Translations under genes and position numbers: made by a program
NCBI GenBank assembly: GCA_943789065.1
Contig: CALSSQ010000001.1
Location: forward strand, 188,619 to 252,618
Direction: 5' to 3'
DNA from: an uncultured Candidatus Actinomarinales bacterium
GTDB taxonomy: Bacteria; Actinomycetota; Acidimicrobiia; Actinomarinales; Actinomarinaceae
Length of the DNA: 64,000 nucleotides
Notes under the pieces: generated by a model
Told to the model about the DNA's origin: nothing
What the model saw: the letters and a program-made list of their open reading frames with translations, nothing else
Database searches by the model: none
In this document: positions 51,584 through 61,293 of the stretch, piece after piece
Layout: every line of letters starts with the position of its first letter
How positions within the stretch are numbered: the stretch's first letter is position 1

Positions 51584-52296
51584 TGGCAAATAAAATCTTA
51601 CTTGTAGAAGATGAAAAAAGTATTGCCGAAGGGATAATTTATAATCTTAAAAATGAAGGTATGAAGGTAACTCATGTTGATGAAGGTCCAATTGCCTTAG
51701 ATCTATTTGAAGAAGAACATTTTGATTTAGTGATACTGGATATTATGCTTCCTGAAATTTCCGGTTTAGATATCTGTAGATCTATAAGGAAAACATCAAA
51801 TGTTCCAATAATAATGGTGACCGCAAGAGATGATGAAGTAGATAAAATTACAGGTTTAGAAATAGGTGCGGATGATTATATTACAAAACCTTTTTCTGTT
51901 AAAGAGTTAATTAGCCGTGTCAAAGCTGTCATGAGAAGATCGCAGTTTTCACCTCCTACAAATGGAAGTCAAAAAGGTAATTTTGCAGATAATGACAAAA
52001 TAATTGTTGGGGATATTGAAATAAGTCCACTTAGATATGAAGCAAAAGTAAAGGGAGAGCTTATTGACTTAAGACCCAGAGAGTTTGAATTACTTTATTA
52101 TTTATGTGACAATGCTGGTAACTTAGTTTCAAGAGAGGAATTATTTGATCAAGTGTGGGGTTATAGTTTTGCTGGAAACTCCAAAACGCTTGATGTGCAT
52201 ATACAAAGAATTAGAGAAAGATTAGAGGAAAATCCTAAAAAACCAAAAAGACTTACGACTATAAGAGGTATGGGATACAAACTTATCGATGAATGA
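51583..52296 (+). CDS. OmpR-family response regulator (RegX3/PhoB-like)
   Basis: LLVEDE, LDIMLP, GADDYITKPF, winged helix LDVHIQRIR...TIRGMGY; follows phoU. Confidence 0.9.
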   Translation: MANKILLVEDEKSIAEGIIYNLKNEGMKVTHVDEGPIALDLFEEEHFDLVILDIMLPEISGLDICRSIRKTSNVPIIMVTARDDEVDKITGLEIGADDYITKPFSVKELISRVKAVMRRSQFSPPTNGSQKGNFADNDKIIVGDIEISPLRYEAKVKGELIDLRPREFELLYYLCDNAGNLVSREELFDQVWGYSFAGNSKTLDVHIQRIRERLEENPKKPKRLTTIRGMGYKLIDE

Positions 52297-52993
52297 TAAT
52301 ACAGAAGAATTCTTAGAGATCACAAGAATTAAAGAAGAGTTTATAGCAAATGCTTCTCATGAGTTAAAAACTCCTATAGCTTCTGTGAGACTTGCAGCTG
52401 AATCCGCACTCAGGTCTTTAAAACTAAATGATGGAATGGCACAATCATTTTTAGAGCAAATTCTTAGGGATTCAGATCGCATGAACGAATTGATTTCTGA
52501 TTTGCTAGATCTTTCTTTAATGGAAACTTCAGATATTGAAATGGAAGTAGTAGATTTACATGATGTGATTTCAAATGAGATTTCATATCTTTCGAAACAA
52601 AATAAGAAGAGAGTGGGATATAAAAAAACAAAAGTTGAGATTTATGCAAATTATGATGATATCTCCATTGCTGTTAAAAATTTAATCAAAAATGCTCTTA
52701 AGTACTCACCCCCTGAAGAAAATATATTTATTAAGACTGAGGAAAGTAGTTCTGAGATAATTTGCTCTTTTCAAGATTATGGGTCTGGAATATCTCAAGC
52801 AGATCAAGAAAAGATATTTGAAAGATTTTATAGAGTAGATAAAGGCAGGTCTCGAAAGCTAGGGGGGACTGGGTTAGGTTTAGCAATTGTTAAACATGCT
52901 ATTGATAGAAATAATGCAAGAATTGAAATAGATAGCAAACTTAGTTTTGGTTCAACATTTTCAATAATATTTTCAAAAGTAAACGTCAAGTAA
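52289..52993 (+). CDS. Histidine kinase (SenX3/PhoR-like) with catalytic core only
   Basis: NASHELKTP, NLIKNALKYS, DYGSGI, FERFYRVDKGRSRKLGGTGLGLAIVKH; no TM segment. Confidence 0.88.
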   Translation: MNDNTEEFLEITRIKEEFIANASHELKTPIASVRLAAESALRSLKLNDGMAQSFLEQILRDSDRMNELISDLLDLSLMETSDIEMEVVDLHDVISNEISYLSKQNKKRVGYKKTKVEIYANYDDISIAVKNLIKNALKYSPPEENIFIKTEESSSEIICSFQDYGSGISQADQEKIFERFYRVDKGRSRKLGGTGLGLAIVKHAIDRNNARIEIDSKLSFGSTFSIIFSKVNVK

Positions 52994-53050
52994 ACACACA
53001 GTAAATCTAAATTTAATTTAATTTAAACTCATATATAATTTGTAAAGAAT

Positions 53051-54187
53051 ATGAATTTAAAATCTTTAAAAAATTTAAGCTTCGCAATATTTTTCTTATA
53101 TTTTTTCCTTGTATCAATCAAACTTCTTGAAAAAGGCATTAAAACTTTAGGTGCAGAATACACAGATGCACTTTTTGAGTCAGTCTCCAATCCTTTTGCT
53201 GGTTTACTGGTTGGAATTTTATGTACAGTATTAGTGCAATCTTCCTCTGTTACTACTGCAACAATTGTTGGTTTAGTTGGAAGTGGAGTCCTTAGCTTGG
53301 AATACGCAATACCCATGGTTATGGGAGCAAATATAGGAACAACAGTAACTAATACCTTAGTTTCTTTTGGTCACGTAAGAAGAGAACAGGAATTTAAAAG
53401 AGCTTTTGCAGCCTCAACGATGCATGACTTCTTTAACTTATTAGTGGTGATAATACTTTTTCCTCTTGACCTATATACCGGGTTTATAACAAGGATGGCT
53501 GAAAATGGAACAGATTTCGTTCTTGCCACAGGGTTCACGGCAACAAAACCAAATAGCCCAATCAAGGCAGGAATTAAGTGGGGTTCAAATAATATCCTAG
53601 ACGGACTATCTTCTATTCCATTTATAAACAATCTCAGTGAGAATTCTTACAGAGCCTACGCGGTTCTTTTGATTATTATTGCAATAGCATTTATTTTCTT
53701 GAGCCTAAAAAATGTAGTATCGAATATGAAATCTCTTATGCTCAACCAAATTGAATTCGGGCTAGATAAAGCCCTTGCAAAAGGTGGGGGACTTCTCGCA
53801 ATATTGATCGGAATCTTAATTACCTTTTCAGTACAAAGCTCAAGTATCACAACTTCAATACTCGTGCCGATTGTTGGTTCAGGAATTCTATCTATTGAGA
53901 ATGCATTTCCAATAACATTAGGGGCAAATATTGGTACAACAATCACAGCTGTTCTAGCTAGCTTTGCTGTAGATGATCCAGCAGGATTAACTATTGCACT
54001 ACACCATGTATTTTTCAATTTAATTGGTGTGATTATTGTTTATCCAGTAAAAGCAGTAAGAAATATACCAGTTAATTTGGCAAAGAGACTCAGTGTCATA
54101 ACTGCTAAAAGAAGATACATTGCAATATTGTATGTATTAGTAACATTCTTATTACTTCCACTATTGGGCGTAGTACTATTTAACTAA
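53051..54187 (+). CDS. Na+/phosphate cotransporter (NptA/YjbB-like)
   Basis: Duplicated VQSSS and GANIGTT motifs. Confidence 0.9.
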   Translation: MNLKSLKNLSFAIFFLYFFLVSIKLLEKGIKTLGAEYTDALFESVSNPFAGLLVGILCTVLVQSSSVTTATIVGLVGSGVLSLEYAIPMVMGANIGTTVTNTLVSFGHVRREQEFKRAFAASTMHDFFNLLVVIILFPLDLYTGFITRMAENGTDFVLATGFTATKPNSPIKAGIKWGSNNILDGLSSIPFINNLSENSYRAYAVLLIIIAIAFIFLSLKNVVSNMKSLMLNQIEFGLDKALAKGGGLLAILIGILITFSVQSSSITTSILVPIVGSGILSIENAFPITLGANIGTTITAVLASFAVDDPAGLTIALHHVFFNLIGVIIVYPVKAVRNIPVNLAKRLSVITAKRRYIAILYVLVTFLLLPLLGVVLFN

Positions 54188-54195
54188 GGAGAAAA

Positions 54196-54828
54196 ATGAG
54201 TAAAGAATCACTAGACAATATAGATGCTAAATTAAGCGAGATGCTCATAAATAGTATGCACATCTATGACATTTCAATGAATTGCCTGCTTGGCGACACT
54301 AATCTTGATAGTGTTAGGGATGATTTATATGCTACAGATAAGGCTATTAATGAACTCCATCGTGAAGTTCGCAGAGAAATGATAGTTCATTCTGCAGTAA
54401 ATTCAAGAAACTTAGATATCCCTTTACTGCTATCTTATATGACTATGTCAAAAGATATTGAGAGAATTGGGGACTATTGTAAGAATCTTTTTGAAATTGC
54501 TGAAACAGGTAACACCTTTACTAAAGGTGAAGATTTAGATAGCTATATTGGGTTAAGAAATGATATAGGAAAATTAATTGTTTATTTGCAGTCATGTCTG
54601 AACCTTGAAGATGAAACAAAAGTGCATGATCTAATCACCCTTGGTTCTTCTATGTCTACAGATTTAGATAATAAAATCACAGCTCTTCTTGAAAACAAAG
54701 AAACAATAGAATACCCAGTTTCCACTACTTTATTTTATAGATACTTGAAGAGAATTGTTTCACACATTGTTAATGCAAGTACAGCACTGATAATGCCTAC
54801 AGATCAAATAGATTATTTAGACGAGTAA
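54196..54828 (+). CDS. Second PhoU-domain protein
   Basis: KDIERIGDY and LKRIVSH repeats; directly after the Na/Pi transporter. Confidence 0.8.
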   Translation: MSKESLDNIDAKLSEMLINSMHIYDISMNCLLGDTNLDSVRDDLYATDKAINELHREVRREMIVHSAVNSRNLDIPLLLSYMTMSKDIERIGDYCKNLFEIAETGNTFTKGEDLDSYIGLRNDIGKLIVYLQSCLNLEDETKVHDLITLGSSMSTDLDNKITALLENKETIEYPVSTTLFYRYLKRIVSHIVNASTALIMPTDQIDYLDE

Positions 54829-54841
54829 AACTTAATTAGAG

Positions 54842-55858
54842 TTATTTAACATCCCAAGTTCCAAGGGATCTAACTAATTTATCTAACTCACCATCACCCT
54901 TTGAATCTTTTGCAAAATCTATTTGTTTCATAACGTCTTCATTATAAGTTTCTCTTTGAACTTTTCTGAAAACTCCCATCGGGGTCGGGCCATAGGGACC
55001 ATGTGACAACCTTGAGAGTGAGAATGCAACTGATGGATTTTCTCTTGTAATATCGTGTACATAGATTTGTGAATCATCAATATCTGTTCGTTTTGCAATT
55101 TTAGCTTCCCCGTTTTCAATGGTTACTGCAAACTCGTCTTCAGCACCAAAAATAACTTTTTCTCCATGTACTAAATTAATTCTGTTTGCTACACGTCCTT
55201 CTTTAGAGGTTAATTGTTCAAATGCTTTGTCATTAAAGACATTACAGTTTTGGTAAATCTCGACAAAAGCAGATCCTTTATGGGTGGATGCTTCTTGTAA
55301 CACCTGTGTAGTTAAATCTCTGTCCATATCAACTGAACGAGCGACAAAGGATGCTTCAGCACCTAGGGCTACGCTCATTGGATTAAAAGGAAGTTCCACA
55401 GAACCAAATGGTGAAGATTTAGTTTTCTTACCCTCTTCGCTAGTAGGAGAGTATTGACCTTTTGTCAGTCCATAAATTTGGTTGTTAAACATAAGAATTT
55501 TTATATTTACATTTTTTCTTAGAGCATGTATTAAATGATTTCCACCTATAGAAAGTGAATCTCCGTCTCCTGATACAACCCAGACTGATAAGTCAGGATT
55601 TGAAAGGGTTACTCCAGTTGCTACAGCAGGTGCACGTCCATGTATTGTATGTAATCCATATGTGTTCATGTAGTAAGGGAACCTTGCTGCACATCCAATA
55701 CCTGATACAAAAACCATATTTTCTTTATTTATGCCCAGTTCAGCCATAAAACTTTGCACAGATGCCAAAATTGTATAATCCCCACAACCGGGACACCATT
55801 TAACTTCTTGGTCACTTTGCATATCTGTTCTTTTGTAACTTACTGGAACTTTACTCAT
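54842..55858 (-). CDS. korB: 2-oxoacid:ferredoxin oxidoreductase beta subunit
   Basis: WCPGCGD, SGIGC, HGRA, GDGD...GGNH, YGLTKGQ. Confidence 0.93.
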   Translation of the reverse strand: MSKVPVSYKRTDMQSDQEVKWCPGCGDYTILASVQSFMAELGINKENMVFVSGIGCAARFPYYMNTYGLHTIHGRAPAVATGVTLSNPDLSVWVVSGDGDSLSIGGNHLIHALRKNVNIKILMFNNQIYGLTKGQYSPTSEEGKKTKSSPFGSVELPFNPMSVALGAEASFVARSVDMDRDLTTQVLQEASTHKGSAFVEIYQNCNVFNDKAFEQLTSKEGRVANRINLVHGEKVIFGAEDEFAVTIENGEAKIAKRTDIDDSQIYVHDITRENPSVAFSLSRLSHGPYGPTPMGVFRKVQRETYNEDVMKQIDFAKDSKGDGELDKLVRSLGTWDVK

Positions 55859-57716
55859 TTATCTTTTCCTCTATTTTTTCAACTAATTCTTGTGCAGTGA
55901 AAGGTTCTCCTGCAACTTTATTAATTCCTTTTGCGTCAATCAAAAATCGTTCTCTAATGAGTTTTATTAATTGTCCTGTATTTAATTCTGGAATTATAAT
56001 TCTTTCGAAATTCGATAGGATTTCACCTAAGTTATCTGGAAATGGATTTATAAATGTTAAATGAGCACTTGCTACTTTAACACCTTTTTCATTAAGCCTA
56101 TTTACTGCTTGTGTTATTCCTCCATATGTAGAGCCCCATCCTAAGACAAGTGTGTCAGCTTTTTCATCTCCATTAAGTTCTAAAGGTTCAATATCATTAG
56201 CAATATTAGCAATTTTCCATGCTCTCATGTCTGTCATGTACTGATGATTAGCACTATCATATGAAACATTTCCAGTACCTTCTTCTTTTTCAAGTCCACC
56301 AATTCGATGCTCTAAACCTGGAACTCCAGGAACAGCCCAAGGTCGTGCAAAAGTAGTCATATCTCTGTGGAAAGGCAAGAAGCCATCTTTTGAGTTATTT
56401 GTTGTTGTTAAGTTGTTAGTAAGAGAAGGTAAGTCAGAAATATCTGGTAGTTTCCATGGCTCGGAACCAGTAGCAACATAGTTATCTGATAAAAGTATTA
56501 CTGGTGTCATGTATTTCAGGGCTATTCTACTTGCCTCTATAGCAGTATAAAAAGCATGAGAAGGTGAACGTGAAGCTAGTACTGGTAGGGGGGATTCGCC
56601 GTGTCTTCCATATAGGGCAAATAACAAATCGGATTGTTCAGGTTTTGTGGGAAGACCAGTTGATGGACCTCCACGTTGTACATTTACAATAACCATAGGT
56701 AGCTCAGCAGAAAGTGCTAGTGAAATAGTTTCACTTTTAAGAGCTAATCCTGGCCCACTGGTACCTGTCACGGCAAGCTTTCCAGTAAATGATGCACCTA
56801 CAGTTGCTGCAGCTGCTGCGATCTCGTCTTCTGCTTGGAAAGTTATTACATTGAAATTTTTATGCTTTGATAATTCATGAAGTATGTCTGATGCGGGAGT
56901 GATGGGATAACTTCCATAAAATAATTCAAGATTAGATAGTTTTGCTCCAGCTATAAGGCCCCAACTTAATCCGATATTTCCATTTATATTTGTGTACTCT
57001 CCAGTCGGAAGTGCCGCTTTCTCGACAACGTATGTATGATGAAAAGCTTCAACGGTAATACCAAAGTTGTAACCGGTTTTCAAAGTCTTTATATTTGCAT
57101 CCGCTACCTCTGGAAGTTTCTCAAATTTCTTACTAATCCAATTTATAGTGTCTTCTAGTGGCCTGTTAAATACCCAAGAAATAAGTCCTAAAGCAATCAT
57201 ATTTTTTGACCTAAGAACGGCTCGCCCTTTAATTTCAGAATCTTTTAAAGCTTCTTTCGTCAGTTTTTCCATTGGGACTTCAAATACTCGATATCCATCA
57301 AGTTCACCTGATTCTCTTGGATCAACTTTATATCCTGCTTTTGTGATATTTTTTTCTTCAAAGGCATCTTGATTAATAATAAGCATTCCATTAGGTGCTA
57401 AGTCATGTAGATGTGCTTTCAAAGCAGCTGGATTCATAGCAACTAAGACTTCGGGATTATCTCCTGGAGTTAGAATATCGAAATCAGCTATTTGAACCTG
57501 GAATGAAGACACCCCAGCAATTGTTCCTTGAGGCGCCCTAATTTCAGCAGGGAAAGCAGGAAGTGTAGCTAAATCATTTCCGAATAAAGCAGAAGTGTCT
57601 GTAAATCGTGTACCGACCAGTTGCATACCATCTCCGGAGTCACCAGCAAATCTGATTGTGACAGCAGGAATAGATTCAACTGTCTTATTTTCAATTTTTA
57701 ATTTTGGCTCGTCCAT
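55851..57716 (-). CDS. korA: 2-oxoacid:acceptor oxidoreductase alpha subunit (gamma-alpha fusion)
   Basis: AGDSGDG, YPITPAS, QAEDE, QRGGPSTGLPTK. Confidence 0.93.
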   Translation of the reverse strand: MDEPKLKIENKTVESIPAVTIRFAGDSGDGMQLVGTRFTDTSALFGNDLATLPAFPAEIRAPQGTIAGVSSFQVQIADFDILTPGDNPEVLVAMNPAALKAHLHDLAPNGMLIINQDAFEEKNITKAGYKVDPRESGELDGYRVFEVPMEKLTKEALKDSEIKGRAVLRSKNMIALGLISWVFNRPLEDTINWISKKFEKLPEVADANIKTLKTGYNFGITVEAFHHTYVVEKAALPTGEYTNINGNIGLSWGLIAGAKLSNLELFYGSYPITPASDILHELSKHKNFNVITFQAEDEIAAAAATVGASFTGKLAVTGTSGPGLALKSETISLALSAELPMVIVNVQRGGPSTGLPTKPEQSDLLFALYGRHGESPLPVLASRSPSHAFYTAIEASRIALKYMTPVILLSDNYVATGSEPWKLPDISDLPSLTNNLTTTNNSKDGFLPFHRDMTTFARPWAVPGVPGLEHRIGGLEKEEGTGNVSYDSANHQYMTDMRAWKIANIANDIEPLELNGDEKADTLVLGWGSTYGGITQAVNRLNEKGVKVASAHLTFINPFPDNLGEILSNFERIIIPELNTGQLIKLIRERFLIDAKGINKVAGEPFTAQELVEKIEEKINE

Positions 57717-57720
57717 GTTT

Positions 57721-57909
57721 CTAGTTTAATCTTTCGGGAGATAATGCGATTTCATTTTGTTGAGTTCCTTCACAATTATTAGCATTTTCTCCTGAGCAGC
57801 ATTCTGCTTGGTTGAGTCCAAACATTGCACATGAGTTGTTTACGCAAGCAGCATGTCCATGGAGATACACCATTGTATTTTTACACCAACTACACATTAA
57901 GTCACTCAT
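57721..57909 (-). CDS. Small Cys/His-rich putative metal-binding protein
   Basis: 62 aa with CxxC, HxH, Cx4C, CC and a further C; overlaps the sodX stop by 8 nt and ends 4 nt before korA. Confidence 0.65.
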   Translation of the reverse strand: MSDLMCSWCKNTMVYLHGHAACVNNSCAMFGLNQAECCSGENANNCEGTQQNEIALSPERLN

Positions 57910-58402
57910 AGGTTTTAAATCTGTAATATGGCCAATAACGCATCTTAAGCTTCCAACATTCTAGATATTTAATAGGCCCTATAGTTCTAGAGTCACTAGA
58001 AGACAAAGTACGTTGATCACCTAATACAAATATTTCATCATCCCTTAATTGAACTTTTACAAAGTCATCGACAAAACTTTTAGCCCAAGGATCATTTATT
58101 CTCTCGGAGTTTATCAATATAGAACCTTCTTGTGACTCTACTTCCTCACCTGGAAGGCCTATAACTCTTTTAACAACATCAATATTCTTTTCGTTGTTAT
58201 TGAATATGACGATGTCACCTCTTACGGGTATATCTTTCAATTTTGAAGCAAGTACAAATTCGTTTGGAAGAAGTGCAGGTTTCATACTTTCTTCTTTAAT
58301 TTCATATGCTCTAATTGATTTATTATCATTGCGAAAAACAATATATAACACAAATGCAAAAAGTGTCTTCAAGTTAACTATCTTTAATATGTTTTTAATC
58401 AT
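57902..58402 (-). CDS. sodX: S26-family peptidase, probable Ni-SOD maturation protease
   Basis: SMKPAL...KRV...VLGD...DSRTIG; divergent from sodN. Could instead be a general signal peptidase I. Confidence 0.65.
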   Translation of the reverse strand: MIKNILKIVNLKTLFAFVLYIVFRNDNKSIRAYEIKEESMKPALLPNEFVLASKLKDIPVRGDIVIFNNNEKNIDVVKRVIGLPGEEVESQEGSILINSERINDPWAKSFVDDFVKVQLRDDEIFVLGDQRTLSSSDSRTIGPIKYLECWKLKMRYWPYYRFKTYE

Positions 58403-58448
58403 AAATTCTTATCTTACTAAAATTAATAGTAGTGAATTAAGGAGATTT

Positions 58449-58835
58449 ATGAAATTATTTAAACCAACAAGAGTCGCATATGCGCATTGTGATTTACCTT
58501 GTGGAGTATACGATCCAGCGCAGGCACGTATTGAAGCGGAATCAGTATTGAATGCATCAAAGAAGTATCAAGATTCTGACGATGCTAGTTTCAAACAAAG
58601 ATGTGTCACCATAAAAGAAGAGAGAGCTGAAGAAGTCAAACACCATCTATGGGTATTGTGGACAGACTACTTTAAGCCAGAGCATCTTGAAAGATTTCCA
58701 AATCTTCATGATTTATTCTGGAATGCGACTAAAAAAGCTGGAGAAGCTAAAAAAACTGAAGATCCTAAAGTTGGCGAAGAACTGCTTGCTTTAATTGATG
58801 AGATAGATTCAATTTTTAAAGAATCAAAGTCCTAG
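58449..58835 (+). CDS. sodN: Nickel superoxide dismutase
   Basis: Ni-hook HCDLPCGVYDP after a short pro-peptide; AAGGAG RBS before ATG 58449 (the track start at 58194 is spurious). Confidence 0.97.
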   Translation: MKLFKPTRVAYAHCDLPCGVYDPAQARIEAESVLNASKKYQDSDDASFKQRCVTIKEERAEEVKHHLWVLWTDYFKPEHLERFPNLHDLFWNATKKAGEAKKTEDPKVGEELLALIDEIDSIFKESKS

Positions 58836-60448
58836 TCAAACTTTTTAAATAGGTGCCCGATTTTAATTAATTCGGCACCTATTTTTATGTCATTTAGACC
58901 CCAAAAATTTTCCGTATCCTTTTGTATTGCTGAAGTTACTTTTCTACTAGTTGTTGGCATAAATGGATATAGTAAATTTGCACATGCATCAATTGCCTGA
59001 AGAGCTGTATAGAGTATTCTACCTGCACGGTCTTGATCTTCCTTGATAACTTTCCAAGGCTCTGTTTCGTTCAGGTAAACATTAACCTTTGATACATATC
59101 TCATGGATTCCTGTAGGGCTGTTTTTAACTCAACGGCCTCTATATACTTTCCTATTTCTACAAATGCTTTATGTGCCTCTTTTAGTAATTCTTCATCAAC
59201 AGGTTCTAATGAAGAGGGAGTTGTTATAGCATCTTTGTTATTTTGAATCTGAGTAAATACTCTTTGGACTAAGTTACCCCATGTCGCAACCAATTCCTCA
59301 TTATTCCTTCTAACCATTTCTTCTTCAGTTAATTCTGAATCTGATTGCTCAGGCAGAACTGATGCAAGAGTGTACCTGATTGCATCTGGCTCCCACTCTG
59401 AAAGGTAATCAGCCAAGCTCTTGCCAACACCTCTACTAGCTGATGCTTTTTGCCCCTTTACAAGAATATATTGGTTCGCAGGAACATTTGTAGGCATATT
59501 TAGTTGACCATACCCAGCTAATATTGCCGGCCAAATTACCGAGTGAAACGGTACATTATCTTTACCAATAAAATAATATGATTCTGCTTCTTCTTTTTGC
59601 CACCATTCTTTCCAGGCATCTTCATCACCAGAATTCTTTGCCCACTCAATCGATGCAGATAGGTAACCTATTACAGCTTCAAACCAAACATAGATTTTCT
59701 TTTCATCACCCAAATCATCAACAGGAATATCAATACCCCATTCAAGATCTCTTGTAATTGCTCTATCTTTAAGTCCATCTTTCACAAATGATTTTGCCCA
59801 ATTTATTACATGTGGTCTCCAGTTTTCCTTAGTTTCTAACCATGGAGAAAGTTTCTCTCCAAGCAAGCTTAACTTTAAGAAAAAGTGCTCAGTTTCTTTA
59901 AATTCTGCTGGATTGCCAGAAAGTTTACTTACCGGATTTATTAATTCCTCAGGATCAAGTGTTGAGCTACAATTGTCACACTGATCGCCTCTAGCTTCTC
60001 CATATTCACACTTCGGACATTGTCCTTCAACATATCTATCAGGCAGAAATTTATTATCTATTGGATCAAAGGCCTGTAAAGTTTTTTGTTTATCAATAAA
60101 CCCATTGTCCAAGAGCTTGAGAAAAATATCGTGGACCACATCTTTGTGATTATCTGTCATGGTTGTTGTGTAATTATCCCAAGAAATGGAGAGCTTTTCC
60201 CAATAATCTAGAAATTCACTGTGGTATTTATTCACTATATCTATCGGCTCTACGCCTTCTTCATCTGCACGTACAGTAATGGGAGTACCATGAGCATCGC
60301 TTCCCGAAACCATTAATACATTGTTTCCAATCACTCTATGGTATCTTGCAAATACATCAGCTGGTAAATATGCACCACCAATATGACCGAGGTGTCTAGA
60401 ACCGCTTGCATACGGCCAAGCTACTGCTACTAATATATTTTTTGACAT
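58832..60448 (-). CDS. metG: Methionyl-tRNA synthetase
   Basis: WPYASG..HLGH, GSDAHG, CPKC..DQCDNC knuckle, YVWFEA, GKDN, KASAS (KMSKS variant). Confidence 0.96.
   Translation of the reverse strand: MSKNILVAVAWPYASGSRHLGHIGGAYLPADVFARYHRVIGNNVLMVSGSDAHGTPITVRADEEGVEPIDIVNKYHSEFLDYWEKLSISWDNYTTTMTDNHKDVVHDIFLKLLDNGFIDKQKTLQAFDPIDNKFLPDRYVEGQCPKCEYGEARGDQCDNCSSTLDPEELINPVSKLSGNPAEFKETEHFFLKLSLLGEKLSPWLETKENWRPHVINWAKSFVKDGLKDRAITRDLEWGIDIPVDDLGDEKKIYVWFEAVIGYLSASIEWAKNSGDEDAWKEWWQKEEAESYYFIGKDNVPFHSVIWPAILAGYGQLNMPTNVPANQYILVKGQKASASRGVGKSLADYLSEWEPDAIRYTLASVLPEQSDSELTEEEMVRRNNEELVATWGNLVQRVFTQIQNNKDAITTPSSLEPVDEELLKEAHKAFVEIGKYIEAVELKTALQESMRYVSKVNVYLNETEPWKVIKEDQDRAGRILYTALQAIDACANLLYPFMPTTSRKVTSAIQKDTENFWGLNDIKIGAELIKIGHLFKKFD
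58847..58886 (+). terminator. Probable sodN intrinsic terminator lying inside the 3' end of convergent metG
   Basis: aaataggtgcc/ggcacctattt 11-bp stem followed by a T run, 11 nt after the sodN stop. Confidence 0.65.
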
Positions 60449-60513
60449 TCTATACCTTAGAATAGCTACTTCTCATTTCTCGTTGTGTTTAATTTAAACC
60501 TATCATAGAAAAT

Positions 60514-61176
60514 ATGGATATCGTACTTGGTTCAATAGCATCTCTGATAGGAGTTGGTTTTTCTTTAGAATTACTTTTAAAATCATTTCGAAGTAAAAAA
60601 CCATATATAATTTCCTGGACCGTAGCAGTCATCATGTACACAGTGGCAACAATAGCTTTAGTCTCTGGCCTTATAAATGGTTGGAATTATATTAATTTCG
60701 GTATTTTCTACTTTTTTGGGGGGATTACTAATGTTCCTGCATTTGGAATTGGCAGTGCATACTTAATTTTTGATGACAATAAGGTAAATGTTATATCGGG
60801 GTTATATGTTTTATTTGTATTAGGTGCTGTGTTTTCTATTTTTACAAGCGGTATTCCTGATTTTTCAAATATTCAGGGCATTCCTGAGGGAAGCCAATTG
60901 TATGAAATTAGCGGTCCCAGAATGTGGGCAATATTAGGCAATTCATTTGGCAGCATTTCTTTGGTTGGTATTGCTGCATACAGCATATATAAATTTAGAA
61001 GAGTAGATGAAGACTTAGTTACAACAAATGTTTTAATAGTCGTGGGGTCATTTTCACCAGCACTGTCTGGGGTCCTCCTCGCTTTAGGTGATAGTGCATC
61101 TAAGACTCTTTCACTTTTAGTCGGAATGTTTTTAATTTATCTTGGCTATAGAGTATCCCAAAGACCAAAAATATAG
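60514..61176 (+). CDS. Hypothetical integral membrane protein (about 7 TM)
   Basis: 220 aa of alternating hydrophobic segments; no motif recognised. Confidence 0.6.
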   Translation: MDIVLGSIASLIGVGFSLELLLKSFRSKKPYIISWTVAVIMYTVATIALVSGLINGWNYINFGIFYFFGGITNVPAFGIGSAYLIFDDNKVNVISGLYVLFVLGAVFSIFTSGIPDFSNIQGIPEGSQLYEISGPRMWAILGNSFGSISLVGIAAYSIYKFRRVDEDLVTTNVLIVVGSFSPALSGVLLALGDSASKTLSLLVGMFLIYLGYRVSQRPKI

Positions 61177-61185
61177 CTGATTTAC

Positions 61186-61223
61186 GTAACAAATAAGAAA
61201 CAATTTCGTAATAATCATTTAAC
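61186..61223 (+). promoter_or_regulatory. GlnR-type box upstream of amtB
   Basis: GTAAC-N6-GAAAC-N6-GTAAT-N6-TTAAC, matching the actinobacterial GlnR consensus gTnAc-n6-GaAAc with 11-bp period. Confidence 0.7.
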
Positions 61224-61293
61224 TTCTACAGCACTATTTAAAAAAAACTCTTAACTAAGTTATTTATAAATATTTATTTAAGAGGAGATAAAA

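Noticed and set aside
58194-58448. N-terminal extension making SodN 213 aa
   Set aside because: Overlaps sodX on the other strand; RBS and Ni-hook spacing point to ATG 58449.
59360-59470. KASAS in place of KMSKS as a sign of an inactive MetRS
   Set aside because: All other motifs are intact and this motif is known to vary among MetRS enzymes.
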